NCBI RefSeq assembly: GCF_964355755.1
Contig: NC_092672.1
Span: forward strand, 5,580,001-5,644,000
Direction of reading: 5' to 3'
Source of the DNA: Antedon mediterranea
Taxonomy: Eukaryota; Animalia; Echinodermata
Length of the DNA stretch: 64,000 bases
The position numbers were made by a program, and so were the translations under genes. Shown piece by piece: positions 1-35,229 of this stretch; the first letter of the stretch is position 1; each line of letters opens with the position of its first letter. A model generated the notes under the pieces. It did no database searches. It saw nothing but the letters and a program-made list of their open reading frames with translations, and had not been told where the DNA came from.

Positions 1-555
1 CATGTTTGTCTTGTGAACAGGATTGCCACCTTTAAGAAGGATAGTGAATGAATTCGCTTATCCTTAGCAATTTGCCTAAATATAATGAACAAAATAAATA
101 AAACACTATCGGGTTTAAGGACGAAGATGAGGCTATAGACTGTAGAGTATCAGAGATACAGTTTCCCATATGGGATGAATGTTGCTGTTAGAAGACGCGA
201 TACTGAGTGGTGTGTTTGTTACCAGACTTGATACCACGTGCATCAACTACTCCCAACGGCGTATCTTACATGGAAGGTTTCTACATTTATCGTACAATAA
301 ATTTGCGACTCTATCTCTACTCACTAGTTACTAACTTTCCACTGTACACACATCGTAGGATTAACAAGCCATGCATTGGTAATTTTTGGACATAAGCAAT
401 AAAGATTTGGTTTGGATGAAAGTCGATAAATTTCCCAAACAATTAAATCGTTTTTTTAAAGAATTATATGAGGTTTAGTACACTAAATTCTTGCATTTGT
501 TATGAAAGTTAAATATTAATAAACCATTAATATTTATAATGTTTTGTCTTCAGAA

Positions 556-697
556 GAAAGTGAAAATAACTATTTTTTAATTTGTACCATTTACTTGAAA
601 ATGAGATAATAACGTCAATTAATTTCAGAAAATAATTCAATTGACTTTTATTTTAGTTTCATTGCTCCAAATTCTAGCCTTTGTTACGAAAGTGAAA
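556..697 (+). promoter_or_regulatory. Two IRF/ISRE-type GAAAGTGAAA motifs upstream of TLR A
   Basis: GAAAGTGAAA at 556-565 and 688-697, matching GAAANNGAAA; sequence motif only. Confidence 0.35.
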
Positions 698-861
698 TAT
701 TAATAAATCACTATTTTTCCAGCTTGAACCATTACCTAAAAAGGAGATGAATAACGATATGTCATTATCCATTATCACTTCTCCTTATTGGAATACATGT
801 ACAGTCGATTTTTCTCATTATTACGTTATACTTCAACGTAAAAGGTTCATACAATACCACT

Positions 862-3737
862 ATGAATATGTGTACTCTTCTTCCCGTTAGTATCGTTCTT
901 TTCGTAACATTCTACTGTCCTATTAGCGGTAAATTAACATGCCACAATTACAATCCGTCGGTAAATGGAACTCAGTCGCTAGATGATTTCAGATGTCCTA
1001 AGCAATGTGACTGTCAATATTGTAAGGAAGAAACGGGTGTATACTACAATCATGAGGTGTATTGTTCAAGCAGAGTATTGAACGCTATTCCATCGCGAGA
1101 TACAGTGCCAACTGACGTTAAAAGTTATCATTTGGACGGCAACGATATTTCGACACTGAAGAACGACTCTTTCCAGAATTTAACTGTTCTACGATATTTA
1201 GATCTTAGTTACAACAATCTATATTATAAAAACATGGATATTAATGCATTCCTTGGTTTGCAAAAATTGATTCATTTATCAATGGATTATAATCAACAGC
1301 TGTATAAACTTTTGCCCTGGTTTGATGATCTAGTTTCTTTAGAACAATTACATCTACAGTATTGTGGATTAACAACAATATATCCTAAGGTACTTAACAA
1401 TTGTAAAAAAGTAATAACAATTGATCTTTCAAGAAACTCTATAAAATATATTGACTCAGAAACTTTCCAGAATTTACCAGTTCTTAAATATCTATATCTA
1501 AAAAAAAATCAGATTACCGTTATAGCACCACACGCATTTAAAGGTTCATTGCGATTACAAGGAATGACTCTAGGTGACAACCTGCTGACTACAATCATAG
1601 AAGACGTTGGACTCCAAAATCTGACTCAATTACAGTTTATAGAAGTGGCGTACAACAAATTTATGTGTGACTGTGATTTAGTGTGGTTTAGAAAATGGAT
1701 TGGGATAACGAATGTTACAATACAAGAAACCAACCATACAACATGTCAATTTCCAGGTAGTAAAAAATACAAGAATTTATTGAATTTTGATCCTGATAAA
1801 CTAAACTGCAGCAAACTTAATAGAATCTTAGAAGTTACAATTCCTTGTGCTTCTGCTGGCCTTATTGTTGTAATTATGGGTTCAACACTTTACCGCTTCA
1901 GATTTCATTTAAGGTAAGATCATTCGTATTTAAGTATTTATTTACTGTGAAGTATACACAAAAACATATTAAACAGACTTTTAATGTATTTTATTTTAAT
2001 GTTATTATAATACATTTTTTTAATTGATAATCTATATATTAATGCTACTCCTCCAAAGCCGATGGATGGTACGTGCTCACATTTGGCGCACTGATATTTA
2101 TTGAGGGGCCGCACACGATAGGCTATATTACTTTCCTGAATTTTAAAGATAAACACTTTAAAAAAAGGCAAAAAATAACAGTAATTTGACATTGTCAACT
2201 TTCATATCCCATATCCAGTATTGCGCTTTTATACTCATCTCATGCGAAGTATTACTAAGGCAGACAAGATCACGTTGTGCACGGGTTACTGCAAGACCAC
2301 AATCTAATTACAGAAGTGAGTTGTTACGTCACTTTCATATCCCATATCCAGTATTGCGCTTTTATACTCATCTCATGCGAAGTATTACTAAGGCAGACAA
2401 GATCAAGTTGTGCACGGGTTACTGCAAGACCACAATCTAATTACAGAAGTAGCAATAAGCTAACAAATCTTCCACACAAAACAATTGCAAAATATCAAAA
2501 TCATTGCAATAAAATGTAAATGAATAAAAATGAACACACACAAACAAAACGATTCTAATTGGTTTTATATATTGTTGAACATGAACACAACCTAAAACAA
2601 TTCGTGTTTATTTTTTTAATGTAAAGCTTTTTTATTTTATCTATATCAAATAATTAATACACCACGAAATACACCCAAAATAATATAGTTTGGCATTTTA
2701 TACTTTCGTTAGTGTTTACGTGCATTAGGCCTATCTAATGTACACAGCACAATTTTTCATTAGTGTCTTTTATTTTCGCTAAGTCTGAACAGTCAAAAGT
2801 AAAGTCTAAAGTTCCATATCCAGTATTGCTTTCATTTTTTAGCTTATATATTTTAAAGTGAAGGGAAAGTGTATAACAAAATCAATGACCGTAAATACAG
2901 TAGTTCCGAATTTTATTCTTGATACAATTTGTTTTATATTAATAATTTGTCGAAGTACTTTTATCAGAGTGCGCTTTTATTATACATGACCATGAAAAGT
3001 GTATAACCACAAGGCAGAAAAAGACCGTGCAGTGTACGGGTTACTGCTAGTATAATATAAATTTCCTAAACTTTTCAACAACCATACATTTAGGCCTACA
3101 AAATAAGATTGTAAAATCTTCGAATGGAGTGCTAGTTTTAAAATCAAATATATTGCATTATGTAATTCGTTTTTTCATTGATTTTAATGTTAGGTATTGG
3201 AATCAACAACGACGCCTTCGTAAACAATACCAGCGAATTTGCAACCAAGGAACTCCTACTATTAACGGAGAAGACATTCGTTATGACGTGTTTATCTGTT
3301 ACAACAGCAAAGACATACAATGGGTGCTTGATGTTTTACAGCCAACGTTGGAGAAGCAGCGGAATTTTAAACTATGCGTCGACTATCGAGACTTTCTTCC
3401 AGGAGAAGCAATTGCTATGAACATTGCAAACGCTGTTAAATTCAGTCGTAAGGTTTTGCTTGTTGTCTCCAAACATTTTGCCAAAAGTGAGTGGTGCAAC
3501 TACGAATTAGAGATGGCGCGCATGCGTATGTTTGACAACCACGAAGATATCTTGATAGTGGTATTACTTGGAAAGGTGTCACCTAAAGACATGCCGATAG
3601 CTTTACACAAGATATTGACCACGACAACTTATATCGAATGGAAAGAACATCCAGAGAGAAAAGCATTGTTCTGGACCAAACTTGAAACAGCTCTTTTGTC
3701 ACCTAACTGTCCTAAAAATAGGCTCATTGACTCTTGA
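862..3737 (+). CDS. Short Toll-like receptor A, two exons (862-1913, 3194-3737), ~531 aa
   Basis: Exon 1 encodes signal peptide, LRRNT (CPKQCDC), ~8 LRRs, LRRCT (NKFMCDCDLVWF) and a TM helix. Donor AG|GTAAG at 1914 and acceptor TAG|G at 3193 join in frame (R-Y-W). Exon 2 is a TIR domain (YDVFICY, RDFLPG, FW). Confidence 0.93.
2198..2450. repeat. 133-bp tandem duplication in TLR A intron
   Basis: actttcatatccc...ttacagaagt starts at 2198 and again at 2331, nearly identical; degenerate pieces recur near 2815 and 2970-3050. Confidence 0.9.
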
Positions 3738-3928
3738 TAACCCCTAGAAACCTTTTCAAACATTATTAATATTTTGCCAAAGTTATGAAGATGGTTGTGA
3801 TTCAACACAATATAGATTTTGTTTCAATCATATTCACCAGCAAGCACATGACTCATTAACACATTTCTATAACTTTTTTTTAAACAGTTTGTAGTCATCA
3901 AAATGATATACGGCTTTAAAAGTCTTTA

Positions 3929-4372
3929 TTAAAGCACAACTTGACCGAGAACCGTATTTTAACAACGTATTAGGGATGTATATATTATTTCAGAACAATC
4001 GCGAGATTTACGATATCGCCGCGCGCGCTCGTCGTACAGTCGTAAAAAATATAAATTTTGAATTTTTTTATTGTTTCTTTTGCTTATCTCGATATTGAAG
4101 TGTTTCTTCAAAATACCAGATTAAACAAATTTAAGCCTAATACAGGCCTCATACAGTTCAAATTAGCAATTGAGGTGACGGTACCTATCTCTTCTAGGTT
4201 AAAAACAGTGAAAACTGATGAGGTAGATTTTGCCATGCACTTGTGACGTCACAGCAACTTACGGCGACGACGGCGCGTGCGGCGATATCCTAAATCTCGC
4301 AATTGTTCTGAAATAATATGTACATCCCTTATACGTTGTTAAAATATGGATCTCAGTCAAGTTGTCCTTTAA
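3929..4372. mobile_element. Non-autonomous DNA transposon, TTAA-flanked (Kolobok/piggyBac-type ends)
   Basis: ~105-bp imperfect terminal inverted repeats (TTAAAGCACAACTTGAC... / ...GTCAAGTTGTCCTTTAA), TTAA at both ends, no transposase ORF. Confidence 0.8.
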
Positions 4373-4569
4373 GGCTGACTTAACCAAAGTCTATAAAAAA
4401 ATTGTATCAGGAAAACAGTTTTTTCTTTTTGTGCTACTTGTGCCAGGAAAAAAAACTTCAATCATCTTTATTTTTTATTATTAATTATTTAGTGTTTATA
4501 TTTTTAATTCCAATACAAGTACATGGGGATGCATATTTTAAGATCTGTGCTACGCGCAGATTTTTAAGC

Positions 4570-4933
4570 TTTTTACTCGGGGTACCCGAGTCTAGGACTC
4601 TCCCATCTTCTCCTCTTCCATTTCCTCCATCTGGACACTATTGAGTAAAAAGTGCGATTTATAAAGTACTACTCCTCCCTTATTCGTTGTAGTATTGAGC
4701 TGGGATTTGGCATGAATATACTACAGGGACATGTCCTCAAAGCTATAGAGCCGGATTTTTAAATTTCAATATTTCCTGTAAAAAACAGGATGCAGCCATA
4801 TCACGTCTCGAAGATGATACCGTATAGCCGTATTTGGTAGCTGATTTTGATGTGTATGCGACGTCATCCCGTCTTATGACGTCATTACAGCTTCTTTTGC
4901 TGTACCACGAGTATCGCACATTCGTGCTTGTTT
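4570..4933 (+). mobile_element. Putative Helentron-associated (HINE/pearl-like) non-autonomous element
   Basis: Starts in a T-run with palindrome ACTCGGGGTACCCGAGT then a CT-rich tract; ends with CGAGTA (inverse of 5' TACTCG), a GCAC..GTGC hairpin and a T-rich end. Confidence 0.45.
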
Positions 4934-5930
4934 ATTTCTAATTGTTATCTATTTAAGGTCAGCATTTCGTTGGAAATTGACACTATTGATCAACAATAGG
5001 CCCGAGCATTGCGCAATGGGAAATTCACAATAACTGCTCTGCTACCGTGATCTAAATCCGAACGCCAAAGTTTTGCATGGCCTAGCATTAGACATTTAAT
5101 ACTTAATTTTTTCATACTATTTGTATAACATATTTGGCTCTTAATGAAATCTAAAAAGATGGACAAAAATATTAAAGAGAGAAATACGAAAGAAAGTGTA
5201 TTTATTATCAATTCTCTAAAAACATACAGAACAAATGAAATAATGCAATAATAAAGTGTACAATGTCATTTCACTTTCGATAATTCTAAACATATTCTAT
5301 TAAATATCCATGATTACTTAAAGTAATGCAAATAAAGAAATGTTCCGGTAATGGGTTTAATCTTATAACTTATAAATCCATCATTCTTATACCTTTTGAT
5401 TCAGAATATTCATTGCCAAAAATGTTTAATTATCACAGTATCTACGACAATTAAAAAAAATAATACTAAGAAAAATGCATGTATTTACATTAGTATCAAA
5501 AGGCGATTTACAATACTTTCACTTACAGTTTCATGTCAATTATGATAAAATATTTGAATGTATTTTCAAAATTTCTTTAACAATCACTTTCGGCTTAAAT
5601 TATCCAATTATAATTCAGATAAAGAATTAACTGTATATACATATTTCTATTAACATTCCTCAATAGTCATATACCATTATTCAGATTTGTTTAATCTTCC
5701 GACATTCTCATACATGAATCCTACAGATTACTTTATCCTGGCAAAAAATAATCCATATGAAATAACCATGATCGTACGCACAGCATGAAAGTCGACATCT
5801 ATGCATATCTCAATTTCTTATAATTTGTGCTGACACAAGTTATTTCATATAGCTTTAGTAGCAATAGTTGACACTGTTAATTTATAATAAGGTTTTTTTT
5901 ACCTACAAAAGCCTGGCATATTGGTGATGT

Positions 5931-28511
<22,581 letters not shown>

Positions 28512-29399
28512 CTTGTTGCTGGCTGTCACCTAAAAAGTCTTCAAATTAAATTTTCAAAAAAGTTAGTATTTTCGTAAGTAAATTAATGTCAATGATTTGA
28601 TAGAGATACAGTACATCTTATATCCAGTGTTCTCCCGAAGCAGGTTTTGCCAGTAAGATGTGCTGGTTTAATATGATAAATTTTAAATTGGATAGGGAAA
28701 GTGCAATATTTTTTTTTACTTCTTCTTTGTATTTAAGTAGATTATCAATAATTCTGGACTAAGCTTAATTTGCCAGACTTGATTTCTATATTGGGAGAAA
28801 ACTGTATTTAATTCATGGGTGTAGCAATATATCTATTATTATATGGTATATAGGCCTAGGCCTAGTAGCTTAATTATTATAGACCTGACCTAGTACTAAA
28901 TGGCAAAATGAAATTCTCATATAGGCCTACTAGTACTACTACTAGTAGTACTAGGCCTAGCTAGGCATAAAAAACCCACATTCCATAAAATACTGTCCGA
29001 CTGTGACTGTGTTAAAAATTGGTGGATAGAAATGCACTTTTTTTACTTTACCGACTAGCCTAACTGAATATAATAGACTGAAATAAACATGCATTTCACG
29101 TATAGGTCTAGGAAGAATGAATATCCACGCGGTTGGTTTTCCCGTAGGCCTAGACTCCTGCTGCTGCTTCAGTTAGTACAAACCATCGTTCTGGTCTTTT
29201 TGAAGTCGCCCGCCGGCTGCATGCTGAAAAAAGGAGACCTGCATGCTTGATGCTGCTGGCCTAGCTTTTATGTTTTAAGGTAGGTTAATTAGTATAGTTT
29301 TAGCTATTTACCAAAATGCACAAGATAAGCTTAATACTTGAAGAAAAGTAACATAATTTTATATAAATATTTATGCTATAATTGCCTTTTCTTTTCATA

Positions 29400-30051
29400 C
29401 TTACACAACTCACTAACCGCTGCACTAACACAAAATGTCTACCAAGCGTGTTCCCAACGTTAATATGTTGCCAGTTCATAAATATGATTTACCCCAATCT
29501 TTAAAATTGTATTAAATATTTTTTACGCAAAAATTTCATTCAAACTGCTAATTATTTGATCGTGAATATAGTTTCATTCAATAAAAATGATACATTTTCA
29601 TATATCAAGTATAAAATGAAAGAGTTATCAATAATAATCTTCAAAAACACCTAAATCAACCGCTTTACTGGAAATATTATAAAATGGGTAAACAGGGTAA
29701 ATACCCAGGTATAGTATGTAGTTGTTTTTTGATAACAGAGAGCTATCACTTATGCCATCCTCGTATATAATTAATTTCGTACGGAAAATACATTTAATTG
29801 ATAATATCAATAGGTAGAGTATCCTTCTTACAATTAATTATCAGTAATATATATAAATTTTTAAATGTTAGGGATATATTTTAAAATAACTATAAATAGA
29901 TATATAATTAAACAAACTCAAGATGTTCTTTTCTGCCTGAAACCTAGGCCCTATAGGCCTCCTCCTCCTCTGTGCTCTCACTTCGTTCGTTTTGCTACCT
30001 GATCCGTGCAGGCCTAGGCTAGACTGGATATTATGATTGCAAGCCAAAAAG
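29400..30051. promoter_or_regulatory. Probable bidirectional promoter region: PRPF8 non-coding first exon (-) and a divergent + transcript
   Basis: The PRPF8 ATG exon is preceded by an acceptor (TTTTTAG at ~28530) and a strong GTAAGT donor lies at ~29403 (-). On +, a pyrimidine-rich start ~29960, donor AAG|GTAGAT ~30051 and acceptor TTTTCAG ~30918. Confidence 0.4.
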
Positions 30052-30169
30052 GTAGATTAGAAGCATATTTTATTGATTACCCATCATCAGTGTCACCCTT
30101 AACAGATAGTTAAGCTATATTTGTAGGTCATAGCTTATTTCAGACAATATTTTAGCCTCCAAAAAGGGC

Positions 30170-30790
30170 AGATTAGGCCTAGGCCTAGGCTAGGCCTAGG
30201 CTAGCCTTTTATTTTAGGCTAGGGCCAGGCCTAGCCTATTATAGCCTATAGGCCTCGCTAGAAAGAGGCTAGGGCCTAGGCCTAGTTAGGCTAGCATCTC
30301 GCTACTCTAGCTAGTAGTTTAGGCCTAGGTAGGCCTAGTACTACTAGCTAGGCTAGGCCTATATAGCCTAGCTAGCTAGGCCTACTAGGGCTAGCCTAGT
30401 CTTGCTAGGCCTAGAAAGAAGTAGTAGGCTACTACTACTAGCTAGGCTAGGCTACTAGGCCCACCTGGTTAGGCCCTACTAGGGAACTGGTAGGCTAGCT
30501 AGCTAGGCCTACTTACTAGCTAATAAATAAGTCTAGGCCTAGGCTACCTAACTAGCTAGCTAGCTCTATGTATTCTAGTTAGGGCCTAGACTAGTTTATT
30601 AGGCCTTAGTTTAGGCTGATTAGGCCTGCCTAGTCCTAGTTAAATAAATAGGCATATAACCAGGCTCAGTCTAAACACTCTAGGCCTATCTATATGAGAC
30701 CTGTGCTATTAATTATAGGACTAGACCTAGGGCCTTGCTAGCTAGCCAGCAGAATGGTCTAGAGAGGCATAGGCCTAGCTAGGGATAGGC
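30170..30790. repeat. CTAG/TAGGCCTA-rich low-complexity tract
   Basis: Dense TAGGCCTA, CTAG and GCTA words; similar tracts at 28850-28970, 41565-41872 and 59890-59985. Confidence 0.85.
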
Positions 30791-31199
30791 TGGGGGGTCA
30801 TAGACAGCCTATCTATATAAAATATTAGATAGGTAGGAGTATTAAGATTCATCAGTGTGTAAGTTGATTTCATTGCTAATGCCAAGGTACAGTATTATTT
30901 AGGCCTGTTTATTTTCAGGTTGAAAGCAATGGATAAAGAGAGATTCAATTCTACAACAAAAGAGACAAAAGTCAAACTCAAACTGATAATTAACAATGTT
31001 TCCAGTTAATTAATGTTAATTATTTTAATAGATTGTAGTGACCCTAACTACCTTACTGTTTGTGTATGGCTGTAATATTATATTAAATGTCATCACAATT
31101 AGTAAGGTTGTGAGGCTTCACAATTTCAAACAACTCTTCTTGTGTCTCTTCTTCATGTGGATGTATTAAAAAATACTGTGAGTATTGTACACTCTTTAT

Positions 31200-32900
31200 A
31201 TGAATATATCATCAATCACAATATCAAATATGATCAGTGTAGTCAAAATTTGATAACTTAGCATGAATCTTTTAATATCTACATCATCAATAATTAATAT
31301 TAATATAAATCTACATCACAATGTTGGATATGATCTTTGTAGTCAAAATTTGATAACTGAGCACGCATCTTTTAATAACTACCTTATCAATAACTATTGA
31401 TGACTTGTTTAAATTACATAGACTTTCATTAGGATTTAAGGTGTTGAAAGGTTACTGTCCCCATTCTTTCAATGAGTATATTAAAACTAGTGAAAGATGT
31501 CCGGGTAGGCTTTTACGTTGGAATTCGAAAGGCAATACTTTTCATAATTCTGTATTTGTTTCCTTTCCTAGACTATGGGAGCAAATACCAAATGACATAA
31601 AAGATTCACAAACAATTTCAATATTTAAGGCTGCTCTAACAAAACACTATATTTCATGTTATGTATAATTTATTTGTATTTTTCTTGTATATGGTTTTAT
31701 CTTAACTGTTTGTATTGTATGGAGTGAGTGCAGAATCTGTTTGGGCTTTAGCCTATTCTCATTCCTGGTTATTTTTACATTGATGACCGAATAAATATTA
31801 TTATTATTATTATTAATAATGTCCTATATCACAATGTAGGATATGATCAGTGTTAGTCATAATTTGATAACTGAGCACGCATCTTTTAATATCTACCTCA
31901 TCAATAATTAATATTAATATCATATATCACATTGTTCGATATGATCAGTGAAGTCAGAATTTGATAACTGAGCACGCATCTTTTAATATATACCTTATCA
32001 ATGACTATTAATAATATCCTATATCACAATGTTGGATATGATTAGTGTAGTCATAATTTGATAACTGAGCACGCATCTTTCAATATCTATTTCATCAATA
32101 ATTATTATTAATAATTTATATCACATTGTTCGATATGATCAGTGTAGTCATAATTTGATAACTGAGCACGCATCTTTTAATATCTACCTCATCAATAATT
32201 AATATTAATAATCTATATCACATTGTTCGATATGATCAGTGTAGTCATAATTTGATAACTGAGCATGCATCTTTTAATATCTACCTCATCAATAATTAAT
32301 ATTAATACTCTATATCGCATTGTTCAATATGATCAGTGTAGTCATAATATGATAACTGAGCATGCATCTTTTAATATCTACCTTATCAATGACTATTAAT
32401 AATATCCTATATCACAATGTTGGATATGATTAGTGTAGTCATAATTTGATAACTGAGCACGCATCTTTCAATATCTATTTCATCAATAATTATTATTAAT
32501 AATTTATATCACATTGCTGGATATGATCAGTGTAGTCATAATTTGATAACTGAGCACGCATCTTTCAATATCTATTTCATCAATAATTATTATTAATAAT
32601 TTATATCACATTGTTGGATATGATCAGTGTAGTCATAATTTGATAACTGAGCATACATCTTTAAAAATCTACCTCATTAATAATTAATATTAATAATCTA
32701 TCACACTGTTGGATATGATCTGTTTAGTTTTTTAATATCTACCTTTTCCAAAATAATATTCTATATCACAATGTTGGATATGATCAGTGTAATCATAGTT
32801 TGAACTACCTCAACAATAATTAATATTAATTGTCTATATACCAATATCAAATATCAGTGTAGGCCTAGTCATTTGATAACTGAGCATGCATCATTTTATA
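31200..32900 (-). repeat. ~97-bp satellite, left array (~13 diverged units), inverse to the right array
   Basis: Units ...GATATGATCAGTGTAGTCATAATTTGATAACTGAGCACGCATC... are the reverse complement of the 35.2-40.0 kb units. Confidence 0.93.
31400..31815 (+). mobile_element. 5'-truncated LINE (CR1/L2-group) 3' end inserted in the satellite
   Basis: ORF 31405-31668 ends RLWEQIPNDIKDSQTISIFKAALTKHY, typical of a CR1/L2-group ORF2 tail; T-rich 3' UTR, AATAAA and (ATT)n tail; interrupts one satellite unit. Confidence 0.75.
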
Positions 32901-32929
32901 TCTGCTTCAAATATTAATATTGTCCTAAT

Positions 32930-34460
32930 ATAATAAGTGGTTTGAAGGATTTTTGCAGATGGCCTTTTTTGCATTGTAAAGTTTACACTTTAAAATCTGT
33001 CAATTTATCCAAAAAAGTCAAACTTTGACCTATTTCAATAAAATCATTTCATAAGTTGTCTTCTTTTATAGTTTTAGTGATAATCAATATTAAGTGGTTT
33101 TTTACCCCAAAAAAGTCAAACCTAGAGCTATTTTAATAAAATGATTTCATAAATTGTCTTCTTTTATAGTTCTAGTAGTGATATAATCAATATTAAGTGG
33201 TTTGGATGATGTTTGTGGGGTGTTTTTTAAAAGTTTGCACAGTTTACATGGCAAAATGTGTCAATTTATTCCTAGAGCTATTTAAATAAAATGATTTCAT
33301 AATCACCCCAAAAATGTCAAACCTACAACTATTTTAATAAAATGATTTCATAAATTGTCTTCTTTTATAGTTCTAGTAGTGGTATAATCAGTATTCAATT
33401 GTTTGAATGATGTTTGTGGGGTATTTTTTAAAGTTTGCATTAAGTTTACGCAGTTTACAGTACATGGTAAAATCTATCAATTATCCAAAATTGACATTTT
33501 TCACCCTAAAAAATCAAACCTAGAGCTATTTCAATAAAATGATTTCATAAATTGTCCTCTTTTATAGTTCTAATAATGATATAATCAATATTAAGTGGTT
33601 TGAATGATGTTTGTGGGTGTTTTTTTAAAGTTTGCATTAAGTTTACGCAGTTGAAATGGTGAAATCTATAAATTTATCCAAAATTGACATTTTTCACCCT
33701 AAAAAATCAAACTTAGAGCTATTTCTATTAAATTATTTCATAAATTGTCCTCTTTTATAGTTCTTGTAGTGCTATACTCAGTATTAAGTGGTTTGAATAA
33801 TGTTTGTGGGGTGTTTTTTTTAAGTTTGCATTAAGTTTACGCAGTTTACATGGTAAAATCTGTAAATTTATCCAAAATTGACATTTTTGACCCAAAAAAT
33901 TCAAACCTAGAGCTATTTCAATAAAATTATTTCATAAATTGTCCTCTTTTATAGTTCTTGTAGTGGTATAATCAATATTAAGTGGTTTAGATGATGTTTG
34001 TGGGGTGTTTTTTTTTAAGTTTGCACAGTTCACATGGTAAAATCTGTCAATTTATCCAAAATTGACGTTTTCACTCCAAAAAAGTCAAACCTAGAGCTAT
34101 TTCAATAACATTATTTCATAAATTGTCTTCTTTTATAGTTCTAGTAGTGCTATAATCAGTATTCAATTGTTTGAATGATGTTTGTGGGGTATTTTTTAAA
34201 GTTTGCATCAAGTTTACGCAGTTTAAATGGTAAAATCTGTCAATTTATCCAAAAATTGATATTTTTCACCCTAAAAAATCAAACCTAGAGCTATTTCAAT
34301 AAAATGATTTCATAAATTTTCCTCTTTTATAGTTCTTGTAGTGGTATAATCAATATTAAGTTGTTTGGATGATGTTTGTGGGTGTTTTTTTAAAGTTTGC
34401 ATTACGTTTACACAGTTTAAATGGTAAAATCTGTAAATTTATCCAAAATTGACATTTTAA
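32930..34460. repeat. ~184-194-bp tandem repeat, ~8 units
   Basis: C(C/T)TAGAGCTATT at 33519, 33712, 33906, 34090, 34284 plus more degenerate units upstream. Confidence 0.92.
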
Positions 34461-35229
34461 AACACGAACTAGGTTGTAAAAAGTGAAGGAAGTCATTATA
34501 TTTTATTATTGTTTGGTCTACCCATAGTTATAGCAGGGAAGAGTTAAATTTAACTCTTCCCTGGTTATAGGTAATAAAGGATGCCTATCATAGTCAAATG
34601 GCAATAACTGATTAGCCGAGACCAATGACATTTAAAACAACTCCTACTTAAAATTCCCTACTTATACAGTACAGCAGCTTTTTGATTGGCTGCAAGTTTA
34701 GTTTTCTGTTCGTTCATCAGAAATGGTATACATAATTATTATTCAATAAGATTACTGGATTTCTTTAGTATTTCTGACACATTTCCAATCTTAATTGAAT
34801 TATTAATGTAATGGAAATTTGTCATAGGCCTATTATAGCAACATATCATTTCTGGAAGAGTATTACGGTCTGTATAGATCGATGTTAAAACACACGTCCT
34901 CATTTATCAAATAATTCATTCACTGCACATTTATTCTGTTAAGAAGAACTGGGACCCTCAATAGAAGCCAAAGCATGTCTCATGATGGCCTCTACAATAC
35001 ATATCAAACATAAAAAGATATGGAATATTTTTATTTTTACAACGGCACACGTTCATCATAAACGATGCGTTCTTAAAAGTATAAATTTAAACAGCAAACG
35101 GATACAAATCAATAGGGTAATTAGGAACAAAAGAATAACACATTTTCAAAACCCATCGACTCGATCTCTTGTATACAGTAAATCTAACAAAATCACACTG
35201 ATCATATCCAAAATTAAGTATTAATAATT

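Noticed and set aside
3129-3737. Stand-alone TIR-only genes
   Set aside because: Each TIR ORF lacks its own suitable ATG and splices in frame to an upstream LRR-TM exon.
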